Below, in pieces: positions 13,120-22,528 of a DNA stretch of 64,000 bases. Position numbers and translations under genes: made by a program. The DNA is from Escherichia phage FL31. The notes beneath the pieces were generated by a model. It had not been told where the DNA came from. It made no database searches and saw only the letters and a program-made list of their open reading frames with translations. Position 1 is the stretch's first letter. Every line of letters starts with the position of its first letter. The stretch is taken from the sequence record PP400782, one strand, 5' to 3'.

Positions 13120-14403
13120 ATGAGTAAAATCCAAAAATTATTGCGTGAATCTACAACGTCTACTAGCAACTCAATTGGTCGCCCAAATCTCGTTGCTTTG
13201 ACTCGCGCTACGACTAAATTAATATATTCTGACATTGTAGCAACACAAAGAACTAATCAACCTGTTGCTGCTTTTTATGGTATCAAATATCTTAACCCAG
13301 ATAACGAATTCACATTTAAAACCGGTGCTACTTATGCTGGCGAAGTTGGATATGTAGACCGAGAAAAAATTACTGAGCTCACAGAAGAATCAAAAGTCAC
13401 ACTAAATAAAGGTGATTTTTTCAAATATAATAATATCGTCTATAAAGTGTTAGAAGATACACCATTTGCAGATATTCAAGAAAGTGATCTAGAATTAGCT
13501 CTTCAGATTGCAGTCGTTCATTTAAAGGTACGGTTATTTTCAGATGCAGCGGTAACAAGCAAATTTGAAAGCTCTGATAGCGAAATTTCTGATGCAAGAT
13601 TCCAGATTAATAAATGGCAAACTTCAGTCAAATCTCGCAAACTTAAAACTGGTCTCACGGTTGAATTAGCGCAAGATTTGGAAGCGAATGGATTTGATGC
13701 TCCTAACTTCTTAGAGGATTTGCTTGCTACTGAAATGGCTGATGAAATTAATAAAGATATTCTTCAGTCTTTAATTACTGTATCGAAACGTTATAAAGTT
13801 ACTGGAATTACTGACACCGGATTTATTGACTTGAGCTATGCATCCGCTCCAGAAGCAGGTCGTTCATTATATCGAATGGTGTGTGAAATGGTATCACACA
13901 TTCAAAAAGAGACAACTTATACTGCAACGTTTTGTGTAGCCTCAGCTCGTGCAGCTGCTATTCTTGCTGCTTCCGGTTGGTTAAAACATAAGCCAGAAGA
14001 TGACAAGTATCTTTCACAAAATGCTTATGGATTCTTGGCAAATGGATTACCTCTTTACTGCGATACCAACAGTCCGTTAGATTATGTTATTGTTGGTGTT
14101 GTAGAAAATATCGGCGAAAAAGAAATTGTAGGGTCCATCTTTTATGCTCCATACACTGAAGGAGTAGATTTAGATGACCCGGAACATGTTGGTGCATTTA
14201 AAGTTGTAGTTGATCCAGAAAGCTTGCAACCGTCTATCGGATTATTGGTTAGATATGCTTTATCAGCAAATCCTTACACAGTAGCAAAAGATGAAAAAGA
14301 AGCGAGAGTAATTGATGGCGGGGACATGGATAAAATGGCAGGACGTTCAGACTTGTCTGTTTTACTCGGTGTTAAATTGCCTAAAATTATTATAGATGAA
14401 TAA
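13120..14403 (+). CDS. 24: capsid vertex protein gp24
   Basis: 427 aa, the same as T4 gp24; gp23 paralogue position; TATAAATA at 13085-13092. Confidence 0.9.
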   Translation: MSKIQKLLRESTTSTSNSIGRPNLVALTRATTKLIYSDIVATQRTNQPVAAFYGIKYLNPDNEFTFKTGATYAGEVGYVDREKITELTEESKVTLNKGDFFKYNNIVYKVLEDTPFADIQESDLELALQIAVVHLKVRLFSDAAVTSKFESSDSEISDARFQINKWQTSVKSRKLKTGLTVELAQDLEANGFDAPNFLEDLLATEMADEINKDILQSLITVSKRYKVTGITDTGFIDLSYASAPEAGRSLYRMVCEMVSHIQKETTYTATFCVASARAAAILAASGWLKHKPEDDKYLSQNAYGFLANGLPLYCDTNSPLDYVIVGVVENIGEKEIVGSIFYAPYTEGVDLDDPEHVGAFKVVVDPESLQPSIGLLVRYALSANPYTVAKDEKEARVIDGGDMDKMAGRSDLSVLLGVKLPKIIIDE

Positions 14404-14404
14404 A

Positions 14405-14433
14405 CAAAAAAAGGGACCGTAAGGTCCCTTTTT
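14405..14433. terminator. bidirectional terminator between gene 24 (+) and rnlB (-)
   Basis: A-run, GGGACC-GUAA-GGUCCC, U-run; symmetric, so functional on either strand. Confidence 0.7.
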
Positions 14434-14435
14434 AG

Positions 14436-15434
14436 TTATGATACTAATTCAATCCATGCAGGACGCAGAACATCTTGCACCATTCGGACTAATTCTTTCT
14501 TAACAAGATTCGGATTATCAGATGATGTTAATACAATACCTTCACGAGAAGTTTCTTCCAGAATATCTTGAACAGTCAATCCCATCACTTTGCCAAAATC
14601 TTTTGGCGTTACAGTCCCAATCTTAGAAATCACATTATTAACACGGTTTAATGTAACATAACAAGCTAGGACATCAAGCAAGTTTTTGTCAATTTCGGTT
14701 AATGGAACCTGAGTTTTAATAGGCTTATCAGACTTTTTCTTTTCACTGAATTTAGAGTTCTTACACTTAATAGCTACACGAGTACCGTTTGGCAGCCATT
14801 TAGGGAAACAAGGCTTCAGAACATAACCTTCTGCCGTATTATCGCCAATAACATTAGCATCAAATACACAATTATTTGCTTCTACAAGGTCTTCTGACGC
14901 AGTAGCATTATAAGCGGCTAAAACGGAATCAAGGTCATTTGGAATCATGATAAGAGAATCAAATGTTCCACGACCAAGCATTGGTGCCATTTTAAAACCG
15001 AATTCATTACAGAAATCTTGCATTTCGTAATCGGTCAAATACGTATTATCACCGCTTTCTGTATTGATAAGGATATCGAACACATAAAAATCTTTTTCAC
15101 CGTAGTCAACACCTTTCTGGATTCCACCACCAGCGAATTCACCAAAGACCTGATATGATACAGCTCGAGAACTACCAATTACTTCTTGAACGTTTTTAAT
15201 AGCCTTATCATACTTCTTGAGTACAATTTCATAACCATAAAAATCTTCTGCTGGAAGAATAGGGCCTGTGCGCTTGGCGCATGTGACGTTGTCACGTTCA
15301 ATTATTAACGAGAAGTTAGTCCCATGGATTTTCTCACGTGCTACCCAAACACCAGTAGTCAAACCATTAGTGTAGAGTTTTTCAATAAACTTAGAGTTGT
15401 AGTGGTTTTCAAGACTGCTGTATTTCTTAAACAT
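14436..15434 (-). CDS. rnlB: RNA ligase 2 (Rnl2)
   Basis: 332 aa, [21 protein letters not shown]...[11 protein letters not shown] (nucleotidyltransferase motif I KxHGxN); near full-length match to recalled T4 Rnl2. Confidence 0.9.
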   Translation of the reverse strand: MFKKYSSLENHYNSKFIEKLYTNGLTTGVWVAREKIHGTNFSLIIERDNVTCAKRTGPILPAEDFYGYEIVLKKYDKAIKNVQEVIGSSRAVSYQVFGEFAGGGIQKGVDYGEKDFYVFDILINTESGDNTYLTDYEMQDFCNEFGFKMAPMLGRGTFDSLIMIPNDLDSVLAAYNATASEDLVEANNCVFDANVIGDNTAEGYVLKPCFPKWLPNGTRVAIKCKNSKFSEKKKSDKPIKTQVPLTEIDKNLLDVLACYVTLNRVNNVISKIGTVTPKDFGKVMGLTVQDILEETSREGIVLTSSDNPNLVKKELVRMVQDVLRPAWIELVS

Positions 15435-15525
15435 AAATCACCATTATAAATAATAATATCAAAATAATTAGCAGAGACTCTATCTCTGACCGGATGTTTA
15501 ATTTGAATGGATAGAACCTAGATTC

Positions 15526-15551
15526 ATTATACCATCAAAAATTGTAAAGCA
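15526..15551 (-). promoter_or_regulatory. MotA-dependent middle promoter for rnlB
   Basis: Minus strand reads TGCTTTA, 13-nt spacer, TATAAT, about 90 nt upstream of the rnlB ATG. Confidence 0.55.
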
Positions 15552-15553
15552 TA

Positions 15554-15805
15554 TTAGAACTTGATTTCTATCCAATGACCATCACGCTGGTCGTGATTAA
15601 TTTTGTACTGAAAGCCGTTATCACGAAGCCATTGACCGACTTGTTCAGTTATAGTTAAATCATTCTTTGACGGATAGTATGTAAATTGTGTCTGGCCTTT
15701 GTCAGCGGCTTTCTCTGCCATCGCAGAGAAGTTAGTAATAAAATCACTCAACAAATTAGCTTTAGTGGCCAGAGCCCTTTCTCTTAATTCCTGTGCAAAA
15801 CTCAT
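15554..15805 (-). CDS. hypothetical protein (83 aa; T4 24.2/24.3 region)
   Basis: ATG start; ATGA overlap with the upstream ORF stop; no motif recognised. Confidence 0.45.
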   Translation of the reverse strand: MSFAQELRERALATKANLLSDFITNFSAMAEKAADKGQTQFTYYPSKNDLTITEQVGQWLRDNGFQYKINHDQRDGHWIEIKF

Positions 15806-15996
15806 TTCTTCACCTTTTTGTTAATCAAACGTTTACGGTATACAACTTTTTCTTTTGCTTTAAACTTTGACCGAGCTATCTCGGCTTTAGTCCATAGTAA
15901 TCCAACTTCTTTAGGTTGTAAACCAATTTTTTGAGCAATTTCTACGAATGAAAATCCCGCCTCATGTAATGTATAAACTTCAACTTCAGCTCTCAT
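15802..15996 (-). CDS. hypothetical small protein with predicted helix-turn-helix (64 aa from first ATG)
   Basis: The track start at 16002 is TTG; first ATG is codon 3. EAGFSFVEIAQKIGLQPKEV resembles a sigma-70 region-4/LuxR-type HTH. Confidence 0.4.
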   Translation of the reverse strand: MRAEVEVYTLHEAGFSFVEIAQKIGLQPKEVGLLWTKAEIARSKFKAKEKVVYRKRLINKKVKK

Positions 15997-16077
15997 AATC
16001 AATCCCGTATTATTTGGTTTGTGCCATTATATACATCAATCTCAAGTTGTGTTTTGTATGCTTTAAAAACGAAGAAA

Positions 16078-16091
16078 GGGGCCGAAGCCCC
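16078..16091 (-). terminator. terminator after hoc
   Basis: Minus-strand GGGGC-UUCG-GCCCC followed by UUUCUUCGUUUUU. Confidence 0.65.
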
Positions 16092-16097
16092 TTACGA

Positions 16098-17228
16098 TTA
16101 TGGATATGTATAGATGATACCAGTTTCCAAAGCAGTTTTATGGATGATGTATCCATTACGTGATTCTTGAACATCAACTTCCGGATAGTCTTTCATCATC
16201 TTCTGAAGAGTGTAACGATGCAGGTAGTATTTACTATCTGGATCTTCAGTTTTCCAATCTTTACCTTCTTCAGTCATTTTTTGGATTTCATCCATAACCC
16301 ACCAACCGCACCAGATGTAAGCTGAAGTACGATGTGGAAGAGGATGAACATAAGGTAGTTCACCTTCTGGTTCTGGAGCAACTTTATCAGTTACCTGAAC
16401 TTGACCTTCTGCTGTAATAGTTTTGCTATCGTAATCAGTTGCAGTAATAGTTGCAGTAACTTCAATAGTTTGACTTCCAATAGATGAGGTATCAACGGTA
16501 TATACATTAGTTGACCCTTCTACAGGAGAAGAATCTTTCTTCCATGAATACGCAATTTGCGCTTCTTCTGGAGCATCCGTAACATTAGCGGTAAATGTAG
16601 CTGAAGCATCTTGCTGAACGTTAATAGAAGGAGGAGTCAATGTAACCTGTGGATTCATTGTCTTCTTATTAACCGTTAATGATACTTCATTCGAAGTAAC
16701 TTCCTTTGCATCATAATCTGTCGCAGTTACTTGGGCTACACATTTAATTCTTTTTACTCCATTTGTAGTTGGAGTATAATTAAATGTAGAGTTAGTTTCT
16801 CCACTAACTTGAGAACCGTCAACATACCATTGGTACGTAGCAGATGCGCCTGACGGTTGAGAAGCTAAAGCCGCAGTAAATTTAACAGCTGTTCCAATTA
16901 CTCCAGCAGCAGGGCTATCAGGAGTTATAGCCAGAGTAGTTGACTGAGTTTTATTTTTAACCGTGATAGTCGTAGTAATTTCTGCTGTTTCAGCTTCAGC
17001 TTCTGGAACTGTATTTGTTGCAACTACTTTAATAGTCTTTTGACCGGCAGGTCCCTTTAGTATATAACTAAAAGTTGCTTCAGCTCCATCTTGTGGAACA
17101 TCATCCACAGTCCAAGCATATGTAATAGTTCCACCTTCAGCCTGACCACTGGGTGTGGCAGTAAACTGCTGAGTCTGTCCTATAACTCCAGTAGGTGTTT
17201 TAGGAGTTATATTAACTGTAAAAGCCAT
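16098..17228 (-). CDS. hoc: highly immunogenic outer capsid protein Hoc
   Basis: 376 aa, the same as T4 Hoc; Thr/Val-rich beta-sandwich-like repeats; lies between rnlB and inh as in T4. Confidence 0.8.
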   Translation of the reverse strand: MAFTVNITPKTPTGVIGQTQQFTATPSGQAEGGTITYAWTVDDVPQDGAEATFSYILKGPAGQKTIKVVATNTVPEAEAETAEITTTITVKNKTQSTTLAITPDSPAAGVIGTAVKFTAALASQPSGASATYQWYVDGSQVSGETNSTFNYTPTTNGVKRIKCVAQVTATDYDAKEVTSNEVSLTVNKKTMNPQVTLTPPSINVQQDASATFTANVTDAPEEAQIAYSWKKDSSPVEGSTNVYTVDTSSIGSQTIEVTATITATDYDSKTITAEGQVQVTDKVAPEPEGELPYVHPLPHRTSAYIWCGWWVMDEIQKMTEEGKDWKTEDPDSKYYLHRYTLQKMMKDYPEVDVQESRNGYIIHKTALETGIIYTYP

Positions 17229-17237
17229 AAGTTATCC

Positions 17238-17906
17238 TTATTTTAATGTTATGAAAGAAGAATTACGAGTTTCACGAATTAGAACTGATCCATCGCGATT
17301 AATATAATAAATTAAGCTAAATAATGTTTGGTGAGCAGAAGCATGTACAAAACTAGTTGGGCGAGATTTCCAATCTGGGGTTTCGGCTATCCATTGATAA
17401 ATCCACCAAGGAACAGTAACATATCCTGGGGCTTTGCCTAATTTAATGAGTGTAGGACTAAAATTTTCAGGCAGAACAAATTTTACTTCTTTATTTACCT
17501 CTGACTCAGGCTCTTTTTCAGATTCAACAACCTGAGTAATTGCTTCTTCGAATTTATCATGGTCGAATTCTTTTTCTTGTTCGACAACTTCTAATACTTC
17601 AACTTGTTCTGTTGGAGAATCAAACAACAGAATAGCTTCTTCTTTAACTTCTTCGTTGGTGAAATTAACACCGTCCACATCATCTGCGGCAGTAATTAAA
17701 TCAGTGATAGATAATCCATCAGTTTCAGGTAATGGTTCATCAGCCAGTGCGTTAAGAGCTTCTTCGATATCAATAACAATATTATCGAATGATTTTGTTT
17801 TCTTAACACTAATGCCAAATTGTTTCGCATATTCGAACAGTTTAGCTTTGGCTTCCTTTTTATCAGAAAGAGCACGTAACTCTTCAATATAGTCTTTATC
17901 GATCAT
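17238..17906 (-). CDS. inh: prohead protease inhibitor Inh
   Basis: 222 aa (T4 Inh 226 aa); position immediately upstream of hoc; acidic protein. Confidence 0.65.
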   Translation of the reverse strand: MIDKDYIEELRALSDKKEAKAKLFEYAKQFGISVKKTKSFDNIVIDIEEALNALADEPLPETDGLSITDLITAADDVDGVNFTNEEVKEEAILLFDSPTEQVEVLEVVEQEKEFDHDKFEEAITQVVESEKEPESEVNKEVKFVLPENFSPTLIKLGKAPGYVTVPWWIYQWIAETPDWKSRPTSFVHASAHQTLFSLIYYINRDGSVLIRETRNSSFITLK

Positions 17907-17919
17907 GGTATTTCCTCAT

Positions 17920-17927
17920 TATAAATA
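17920..17927 (+). promoter_or_regulatory. late promoter for uvsW
   Basis: Exact TATAAATA 30 nt upstream of the uvsW ATG. Confidence 0.65.
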
Positions 17928-17956
17928 TAACTATATTTATTACATGGTAATTTGAC

Positions 17957-19471
17957 ATGACTGACATTAAAGTACATTTTTATGATTTTAGTCACGTGCG
18001 CATTGAATGCGACGAAAGTACGTTTTACGAACTTCGTGACTTTTTTAGCTTTGAAGCTGACGGGTATAAATTTAACCCAAAATATCGCTATGGGCAATGG
18101 GATGGTAGAATTCGACTTTTAGATTACAACCGTTTGTTACCATATGGACTTGTAGGACAAATAAAAAAGTTCTGTAGCAATATGAGTTATTCTGTATGGA
18201 TTGACCCTAAAATCTTTGAGACCGAAGACCTTACCAGAGAAGATTTTGACGCATGGCTTTCTAAACAAGAAATTTATTCGGGCAACGCCAAAATCGAACC
18301 ACATTGGTATCAAAAAGATGCAGTATATGAAGGACTAGTTAATCGTCGTCGAATTTTAAACCTTCCGACATCAGCAGGTAAATCACTAATCCAAGCACTT
18401 TTAGCTCGATATTATCTAGAGAATTATGAAGGTAAAATTCTCATTATCGTCCCTACAACAGCATTGACAACCCAGATGGCTAATGATTTTGTTGATTATC
18501 GCTTGTTTAGTCATTCGATGATTAAGAAAATTGGCGGTGGTGCTGATAAAGCAGACAAATCTAAAAACGACGCTCCAATTATTGTTGGCACATGGCAAAC
18601 GGTAGTTAAGCAGCCTAAAGAATGGTTCTCTCAGTTCGGTATGATGATGAACGATGAATGCCACTTAGCAACAGGTAAAAGTATTTCTTCAATCATCTCA
18701 GGATTAAATAATTGCATGTTTAAATTCGGTTTATCCGGCTCATTAAGAGACGGAAAAGCCAATGTAATGCAGTACGTAGGAATGTTCGGTGAAATCTTCC
18801 GTCCTGTTAGCACGTCTAAATTAATGGAAGACGGTCAAGTAACTGAGCTTAAGATTAATAGTATTTTCCTTCGTTATCCGGACGAATTCACCGTTAAATT
18901 AAAAGGTAAAACATACCAAGAAGAAGTTAAAATTATTACCGGACTAAAACGTCGTACAAAGTGGATTGCTCAACTTTCGGTCAAATTGGCTAAGAAAGAC
19001 GAGAACGCCTTTGTAATGTTTAAACATGTTACACATGGTAAAGAAATATTTGAAGCTATTAAAGAGCTTGGATACGAAAAAGTTTATTACGTATCAGGTG
19101 AAGTTGATACTGAAACACGTAACGCGCTTAAAGTCATGGCAGAAAATGGTAAAGGCATTATTATTGTCGCATCATATGGAGTATTCTCTACCGGTATTTC
19201 AGTCAAGAATCTTCATCATGTTATTTTTGCCCATGGTGTTAAATCAAAAATTATCGTACTTCAAACAGTAGGTCGTGTGCTTCGTAAGCATGGTTCTAAA
19301 GCCGTTGCTACAGTTTGGGATCTCATCGATGACGCAGGTGTAAAACCTAAATCATTAAATACTAAAAAGAAGTATACTCATCTTAATTACTTGTTAAAAC
19401 ACGGTATTGATCGTATCCAGCGTTACGCTGATGAGAAATTTAACTATGTAATGAAAACAATTAATTTATAA
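17957..19471 (+). CDS. uvsW: UvsW SF2 DNA/RNA helicase
   Basis: 504 aa; Walker A PTSAGKS and DECH box (MMMNDECH); TATAAATA at 17920-17927. Confidence 0.9.
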   Translation: MTDIKVHFYDFSHVRIECDESTFYELRDFFSFEADGYKFNPKYRYGQWDGRIRLLDYNRLLPYGLVGQIKKFCSNMSYSVWIDPKIFETEDLTREDFDAWLSKQEIYSGNAKIEPHWYQKDAVYEGLVNRRRILNLPTSAGKSLIQALLARYYLENYEGKILIIVPTTALTTQMANDFVDYRLFSHSMIKKIGGGADKADKSKNDAPIIVGTWQTVVKQPKEWFSQFGMMMNDECHLATGKSISSIISGLNNCMFKFGLSGSLRDGKANVMQYVGMFGEIFRPVSTSKLMEDGQVTELKINSIFLRYPDEFTVKLKGKTYQEEVKIITGLKRRTKWIAQLSVKLAKKDENAFVMFKHVTHGKEIFEAIKELGYEKVYYVSGEVDTETRNALKVMAENGKGIIIVASYGVFSTGISVKNLHHVIFAHGVKSKIIVLQTVGRVLRKHGSKAVATVWDLIDDAGVKPKSLNTKKKYTHLNYLLKHGIDRIQRYADEKFNYVMKTINL

Positions 19472-19486
19472 GGGCTTCGGCCCTTA
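19469..19486 (+). other. intercistronic C(UUCG)G hairpin between uvsW and uvsW.1
   Basis: UAAGGGC-UUCG-GCCCUUA overlapping the uvsW stop and abutting the uvsW.1 SD (AGGAG). Confidence 0.55.
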
Positions 19487-19496
19487 GGAGATAAAA

Positions 19497-19730
19497 ATGG
19501 TACTTGAATTTAAACAATTTTTATACGAAGCATCTATTGACGAATTCATGGGTAAAATTGCTAGTTGTCATACCTTAGAAGGGCTTGAAGAATTGGAAGC
19601 TTATTATAAGAAACGTATAAAAGAAACGGAATTAAAAGATACAGATGATATTTCTGTCAGGGATGCCTTAGCAGGTAAGCGTGCCGAACTTGAAGGCGAC
19701 GATGATGAGGATGTGGAAGAAGACTTCTAA
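19497..19730 (+). CDS. uvsW.1: UvsW.1 small acidic protein
   Basis: 77 aa with acidic C-terminus; follows uvsW after a C(UUCG)G hairpin, as in T4. Confidence 0.65.
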   Translation: MVLEFKQFLYEASIDEFMGKIASCHTLEGLEELEAYYKKRIKETELKDTDDISVRDALAGKRAELEGDDDEDVEEDF

Positions 19731-19738
19731 TTAAAAAA

Positions 19739-19761
19739 GGCCCGACCTTTTCGGAAGGGCC
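19739..19761. terminator. terminator between uvsW.1 (+) and the minus-strand uvsY cluster
   Basis: Imperfect GGCCC...GGGCC hairpin flanked by A-run and T-run; the U-run is on the minus-strand side. Confidence 0.5.
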
Positions 19762-19786
19762 AAAAACCATAGGCAAAAAGGTAACA

Positions 19787-19954
19787 CTATAGTAAAAGTT
19801 GGGTTTCGTTCAATTGCTCTTCTGAACTTTCTGAAACCGGCAATTGTTGGACATAGTTATAACAAGGACCAGGATGTGCTGGACCTTTGTCTGTTTCAAC
19901 AACCAATGCAGAATCGATTGGAGTTTTACAGACAACACAAATCTTATCTGACAT
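19787..19954 (-). CDS. small Cys-containing protein (55 aa; T4 uvsY.-2 position)
   Basis: Below the track's 60-aa cutoff; ATG to TAG, translated by hand as MSDKICVVCKTPIDSALVVETDKGPAHPGPC..., with CxxC plus a distal Cys. Confidence 0.45.
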   Translation of the reverse strand: MSDKICVVCKTPIDSALVVETDKGPAHPGPCYNYVQQLPVSESSEEQLNETQLLL

Positions 19955-19986
19955 GATTGCCTCCTAAGTTGAAATTACATATCTAT

Positions 19987-20211
19987 TTATACAACTCTCA
20001 TATGCATATCAATGCCCATATCTTTAGAATAAAAATATTCATCAAGATATCCAGCAAATTTTCCTTTAATATAAAGGACATCTTCACCACACGGGTGGTC
20101 GGCCAGGATACGAATATCCTGACGACGTAGACGATACTTTTCCATTAAGAATTTAATTTCAGTTTCAAATTCTTCGTCATTATTAAAGGCATCTTCAATT
20201 GAATAACGCAT
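19987..20211 (-). CDS. hypothetical protein (74 aa; T4 uvsY.-1 position)
   Basis: ATG overlaps the uvsY stop as TAATG. Confidence 0.55.
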   Translation of the reverse strand: MRYSIEDAFNNDEEFETEIKFLMEKYRLRRQDIRILADHPCGEDVLYIKGKFAGYLDEYFYSKDMGIDMHMRVV

Positions 20212-20624
20212 TATTGCCCCGCTTCAAATTCTCGCATATCCTGGATATGTTTAAGTGCAAAACTACGAGACTTAACTGCGTCAAGTGCACCACTACAGAA
20301 CTCAAGTAAAATTCCCCAGTATTGTAAAGTAGTCTCTATTTTAAGCACATCTTTATCTGCAGCCAGGACAGTTTTCATTTCAGATTTCTCGTATCGGTCC
20401 ATACTGAATTCATCACCGTCACCTCGTCCCGAGTAGTAGTCTAATCTTGCTTTTAGAGCAGTTTTCTTCTGAGTCTCTATACGCAACATTTCTTTACGAA
20501 TAAATGAGTGCTTACGTAGCCATTTGCTGTATAACTTAACATTATTCGCCGTCTCATATTGCAACTTTGTCATATCAATAGCTAAGTCCGCGTCTAACTC
20601 TTCCTGTAAATCTTCCAGCTTCAT
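20211..20624 (-). CDS. uvsY: recombination mediator UvsY
   Basis: 137 aa, the same as T4 UvsY; MotA-box middle promoter immediately upstream. Confidence 0.9.
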   Translation of the reverse strand: MKLEDLQEELDADLAIDMTKLQYETANNVKLYSKWLRKHSFIRKEMLRIETQKKTALKARLDYYSGRGDGDEFSMDRYEKSEMKTVLAADKDVLKIETTLQYWGILLEFCSGALDAVKSRSFALKHIQDMREFEAGQ

Positions 20625-20678
20625 AATATTCTCTCTTTAACTAATAATCTCCCGGCTGTATCGGAAGGACCTAAAACC

Positions 20679-20703
20679 ATTATACATAGGTCGCCTTGAA
20701 GCA
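20679..20703 (-). promoter_or_regulatory. MotA-dependent middle promoter for uvsY
   Basis: Minus strand reads TGCTTCA (MotA box), 12-nt spacer, TATAAT, about 55 nt upstream of the uvsY ATG. Confidence 0.65.
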
Positions 20704-21102
20704 TTACACTCTATTGCTTGACGCTAACTGAAGTTTAATTTGTTCAATATCGTCAGGGTTGTCTACGACCGAAAATCTAATCTCTACTATAACCGTATAG
20801 TCATCATATACTGGCGTTACACTTACAGAAAGTTTGTCGATGCGTGGCTCATAGTTACGAACAGCTGCCTGGATATTACGCTCAATCGTATCGGCTGTAA
20901 GTGGTGTCATGTTCTCGAAAAGTTCATCAACCAAATCGCATCCAAATTCAGGGTCGAAGGGGCGTGAGCCTTTTCTAGTTGTCACTATGCCAAGAAGACT
21001 ATTTTTAATAGAACGAAGTCCTACAGAACGAGCAACGTCCTTGTTCCAATCCATACGCATTTCTGGGTCGATATCTGAATAAAGTTTATTGATATTAGAC
21101 AT
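20704..21102 (-). CDS. 25: baseplate wedge protein gp25
   Basis: 132 aa, the same as T4 gp25; downstream of gene 26 on the same strand. Confidence 0.9.
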   Translation of the reverse strand: MSNINKLYSDIDPEMRMDWNKDVARSVGLRSIKNSLLGIVTTRKGSRPFDPEFGCDLVDELFENMTPLTADTIERNIQAAVRNYEPRIDKLSVSVTPVYDDYTVIVEIRFSVVDNPDDIEQIKLQLASSNRV

Positions 21103-21728
21103 TATAGTAACTCAAAGAATTCTTTGAGGCCTCGTATTGTGTGAACGTGTGACGCCCCACATTTGGGACATTTAATAGGGGTTGCCAGATAAATTGATGG
21201 CGACACCAAAAGATTTTTAATATTGATCATATCATCTTCTGTTATAAGGCCGTAAAGGTCGTTTATTTCTGCTTCAGTTAAATCTTCAACAGGGATGGAC
21301 TCTCCATTGACAAAAACGGCCTCAATACATGAAGCAATCATTAATGCGATATTTTTATCGTCAAATAATTTAGGTTGACGGAACTTAATTTTAATACCAC
21401 TAAACGAATACCAGGGATCGGCCTGTCCATCTAATTGAGTGTGCAATAAATTCATATAGACTTGAAATGAATGCCCACAGGAACAATTCCAGGTGTGTTC
21501 TTGATTCACTTCACCTAATGAATGTGCCCACAGATTTACCAACAATAACTCGGCTTCTTGTTTAGTCAAGTTTTTAGCATTAGAGCAATTAGTGATAATA
21601 TTGTTCACTGCGGATTCAATAGTACCGGTAGCCCGCGCACCTATGAGTCCTAAATATTCTTTTAAAGTAAAGGCTCTACAATTCACTTCTTTATCGCCTA
21701 AACGTACTGTAAACGTATATTTGTACAT
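21102..21728 (-). CDS. 26: baseplate hub protein gp26
   Basis: 208 aa, the same as T4 gp26; divergent from gene 51 with a shared late-promoter region. Confidence 0.85.
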   Translation of the reverse strand: MYKYTFTVRLGDKEVNCRAFTLKEYLGLIGARATGTIESAVNNIITNCSNAKNLTKQEAELLLVNLWAHSLGEVNQEHTWNCSCGHSFQVYMNLLHTQLDGQADPWYSFSGIKIKFRQPKLFDDKNIALMIASCIEAVFVNGESIPVEDLTEAEINDLYGLITEDDMINIKNLLVSPSIYLATPIKCPKCGASHVHTIRGLKEFFELL

Positions 21729-21746
21729 GTTAACTCCTTTATTGTG

Positions 21747-21754
21747 TATTTATA
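21747..21754 (-). promoter_or_regulatory. late promoter for genes 26-25, overlapping the divergent gene 51 promoter
   Basis: Plus-strand tatttata is TATAAATA on the minus strand, 19 nt upstream of the gene 26 ATG; the two divergent late cores overlap by 4 bp. Confidence 0.65.
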
Positions 21755-21758
21755 AATA
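21751..21758 (+). promoter_or_regulatory. late promoter for gene 51 (operon 51-27-28-29-48-54)
   Basis: Exact TATAAATA 18 nt upstream of the gene 51 ATG. Confidence 0.7.
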
Positions 21759-21775
21759 ATAGAAAAGGAGTAATT

Positions 21776-22528
21776 ATGGCTAATATAATTCGTTGTAAAT
21801 TACCGGATGGTGTTCATCGTTTCAAGCCGTTCACCGTAGCGGATTATAGAGACTTTTTACTAGTTAGAAATGATATCGAACATCGTTCGCCACAAGAACA
21901 AAAAGAAATAATTGCCGATCTGATTGATGATTATTTTGGCGAGTATCCTAAAACATGGCAACCATTTATATTCCTGCAAGTTTTTGCAGGCTCTATAGGC
22001 AAAACAAAAGTTCCCGTTATTTTCACTTGCCCTAAATGCTCTAAAGAAAAAACTGCACCATTTGAGATATATCAAAAAGAACTAGTCGAACCTGAACTTG
22101 ATGTTGCTGGTATAAAAATACGTTTTTCTTTCCCTGAAAAGTTTTATGACAACAAGGCATTAATGATAAGTGAAAACATAAAAGAAATATATTATAATGA
22201 CGAATGGTACCCATGGAATGATTTGACTGAAGAGAACCAAATCCAAGTAATAGAAGCAATAGACATTGACTCGCTCGAGAAGGTTATTGCTTCTATGAAT
22301 CCTATTAATTTGACCCTTAGATTAGGTTGTTGTGAACGACATGTTAAAACATATACCGATATCTTAGAGGTTTTTAAATTGTTAGTTAACCCTGATGAGA
22401 TTTTTACATTCTATCAGATAAACCATTCACTAGTAAAGAGTCAATACACATTGGATTCTATTATGCAAATGATTCCTGTTGAACGTGGTATTGCTTTAAC
22501 ATTAGTAGAAAAGGACCATAAAAAATGA
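21776..22528 (+). CDS. 51: baseplate hub assembly catalyst gp51
   Basis: 250 aa (T4 249 aa); Cys-rich CPKC...CCERH; TATAAATA at 21751-21758. Confidence 0.85.
   Translation: MANIIRCKLPDGVHRFKPFTVADYRDFLLVRNDIEHRSPQEQKEIIADLIDDYFGEYPKTWQPFIFLQVFAGSIGKTKVPVIFTCPKCSKEKTAPFEIYQKELVEPELDVAGIKIRFSFPEKFYDNKALMISENIKEIYYNDEWYPWNDLTEENQIQVIEAIDIDSLEKVIASMNPINLTLRLGCCERHVKTYTDILEVFKLLVNPDEIFTFYQINHSLVKSQYTLDSIMQMIPVERGIALTLVEKDHKK

Noticed and set aside
15445-15452. Plus-strand TATAAATA in the rnlB upstream region
   Set aside because: No plus-strand gene follows it (the next plus-strand ORF is uvsW, 2.5 kb away, with its own promoter); in an AT-rich genome an 8-mer can occur by chance. It could drive antisense transcription, but there is no support from the sequence alone.
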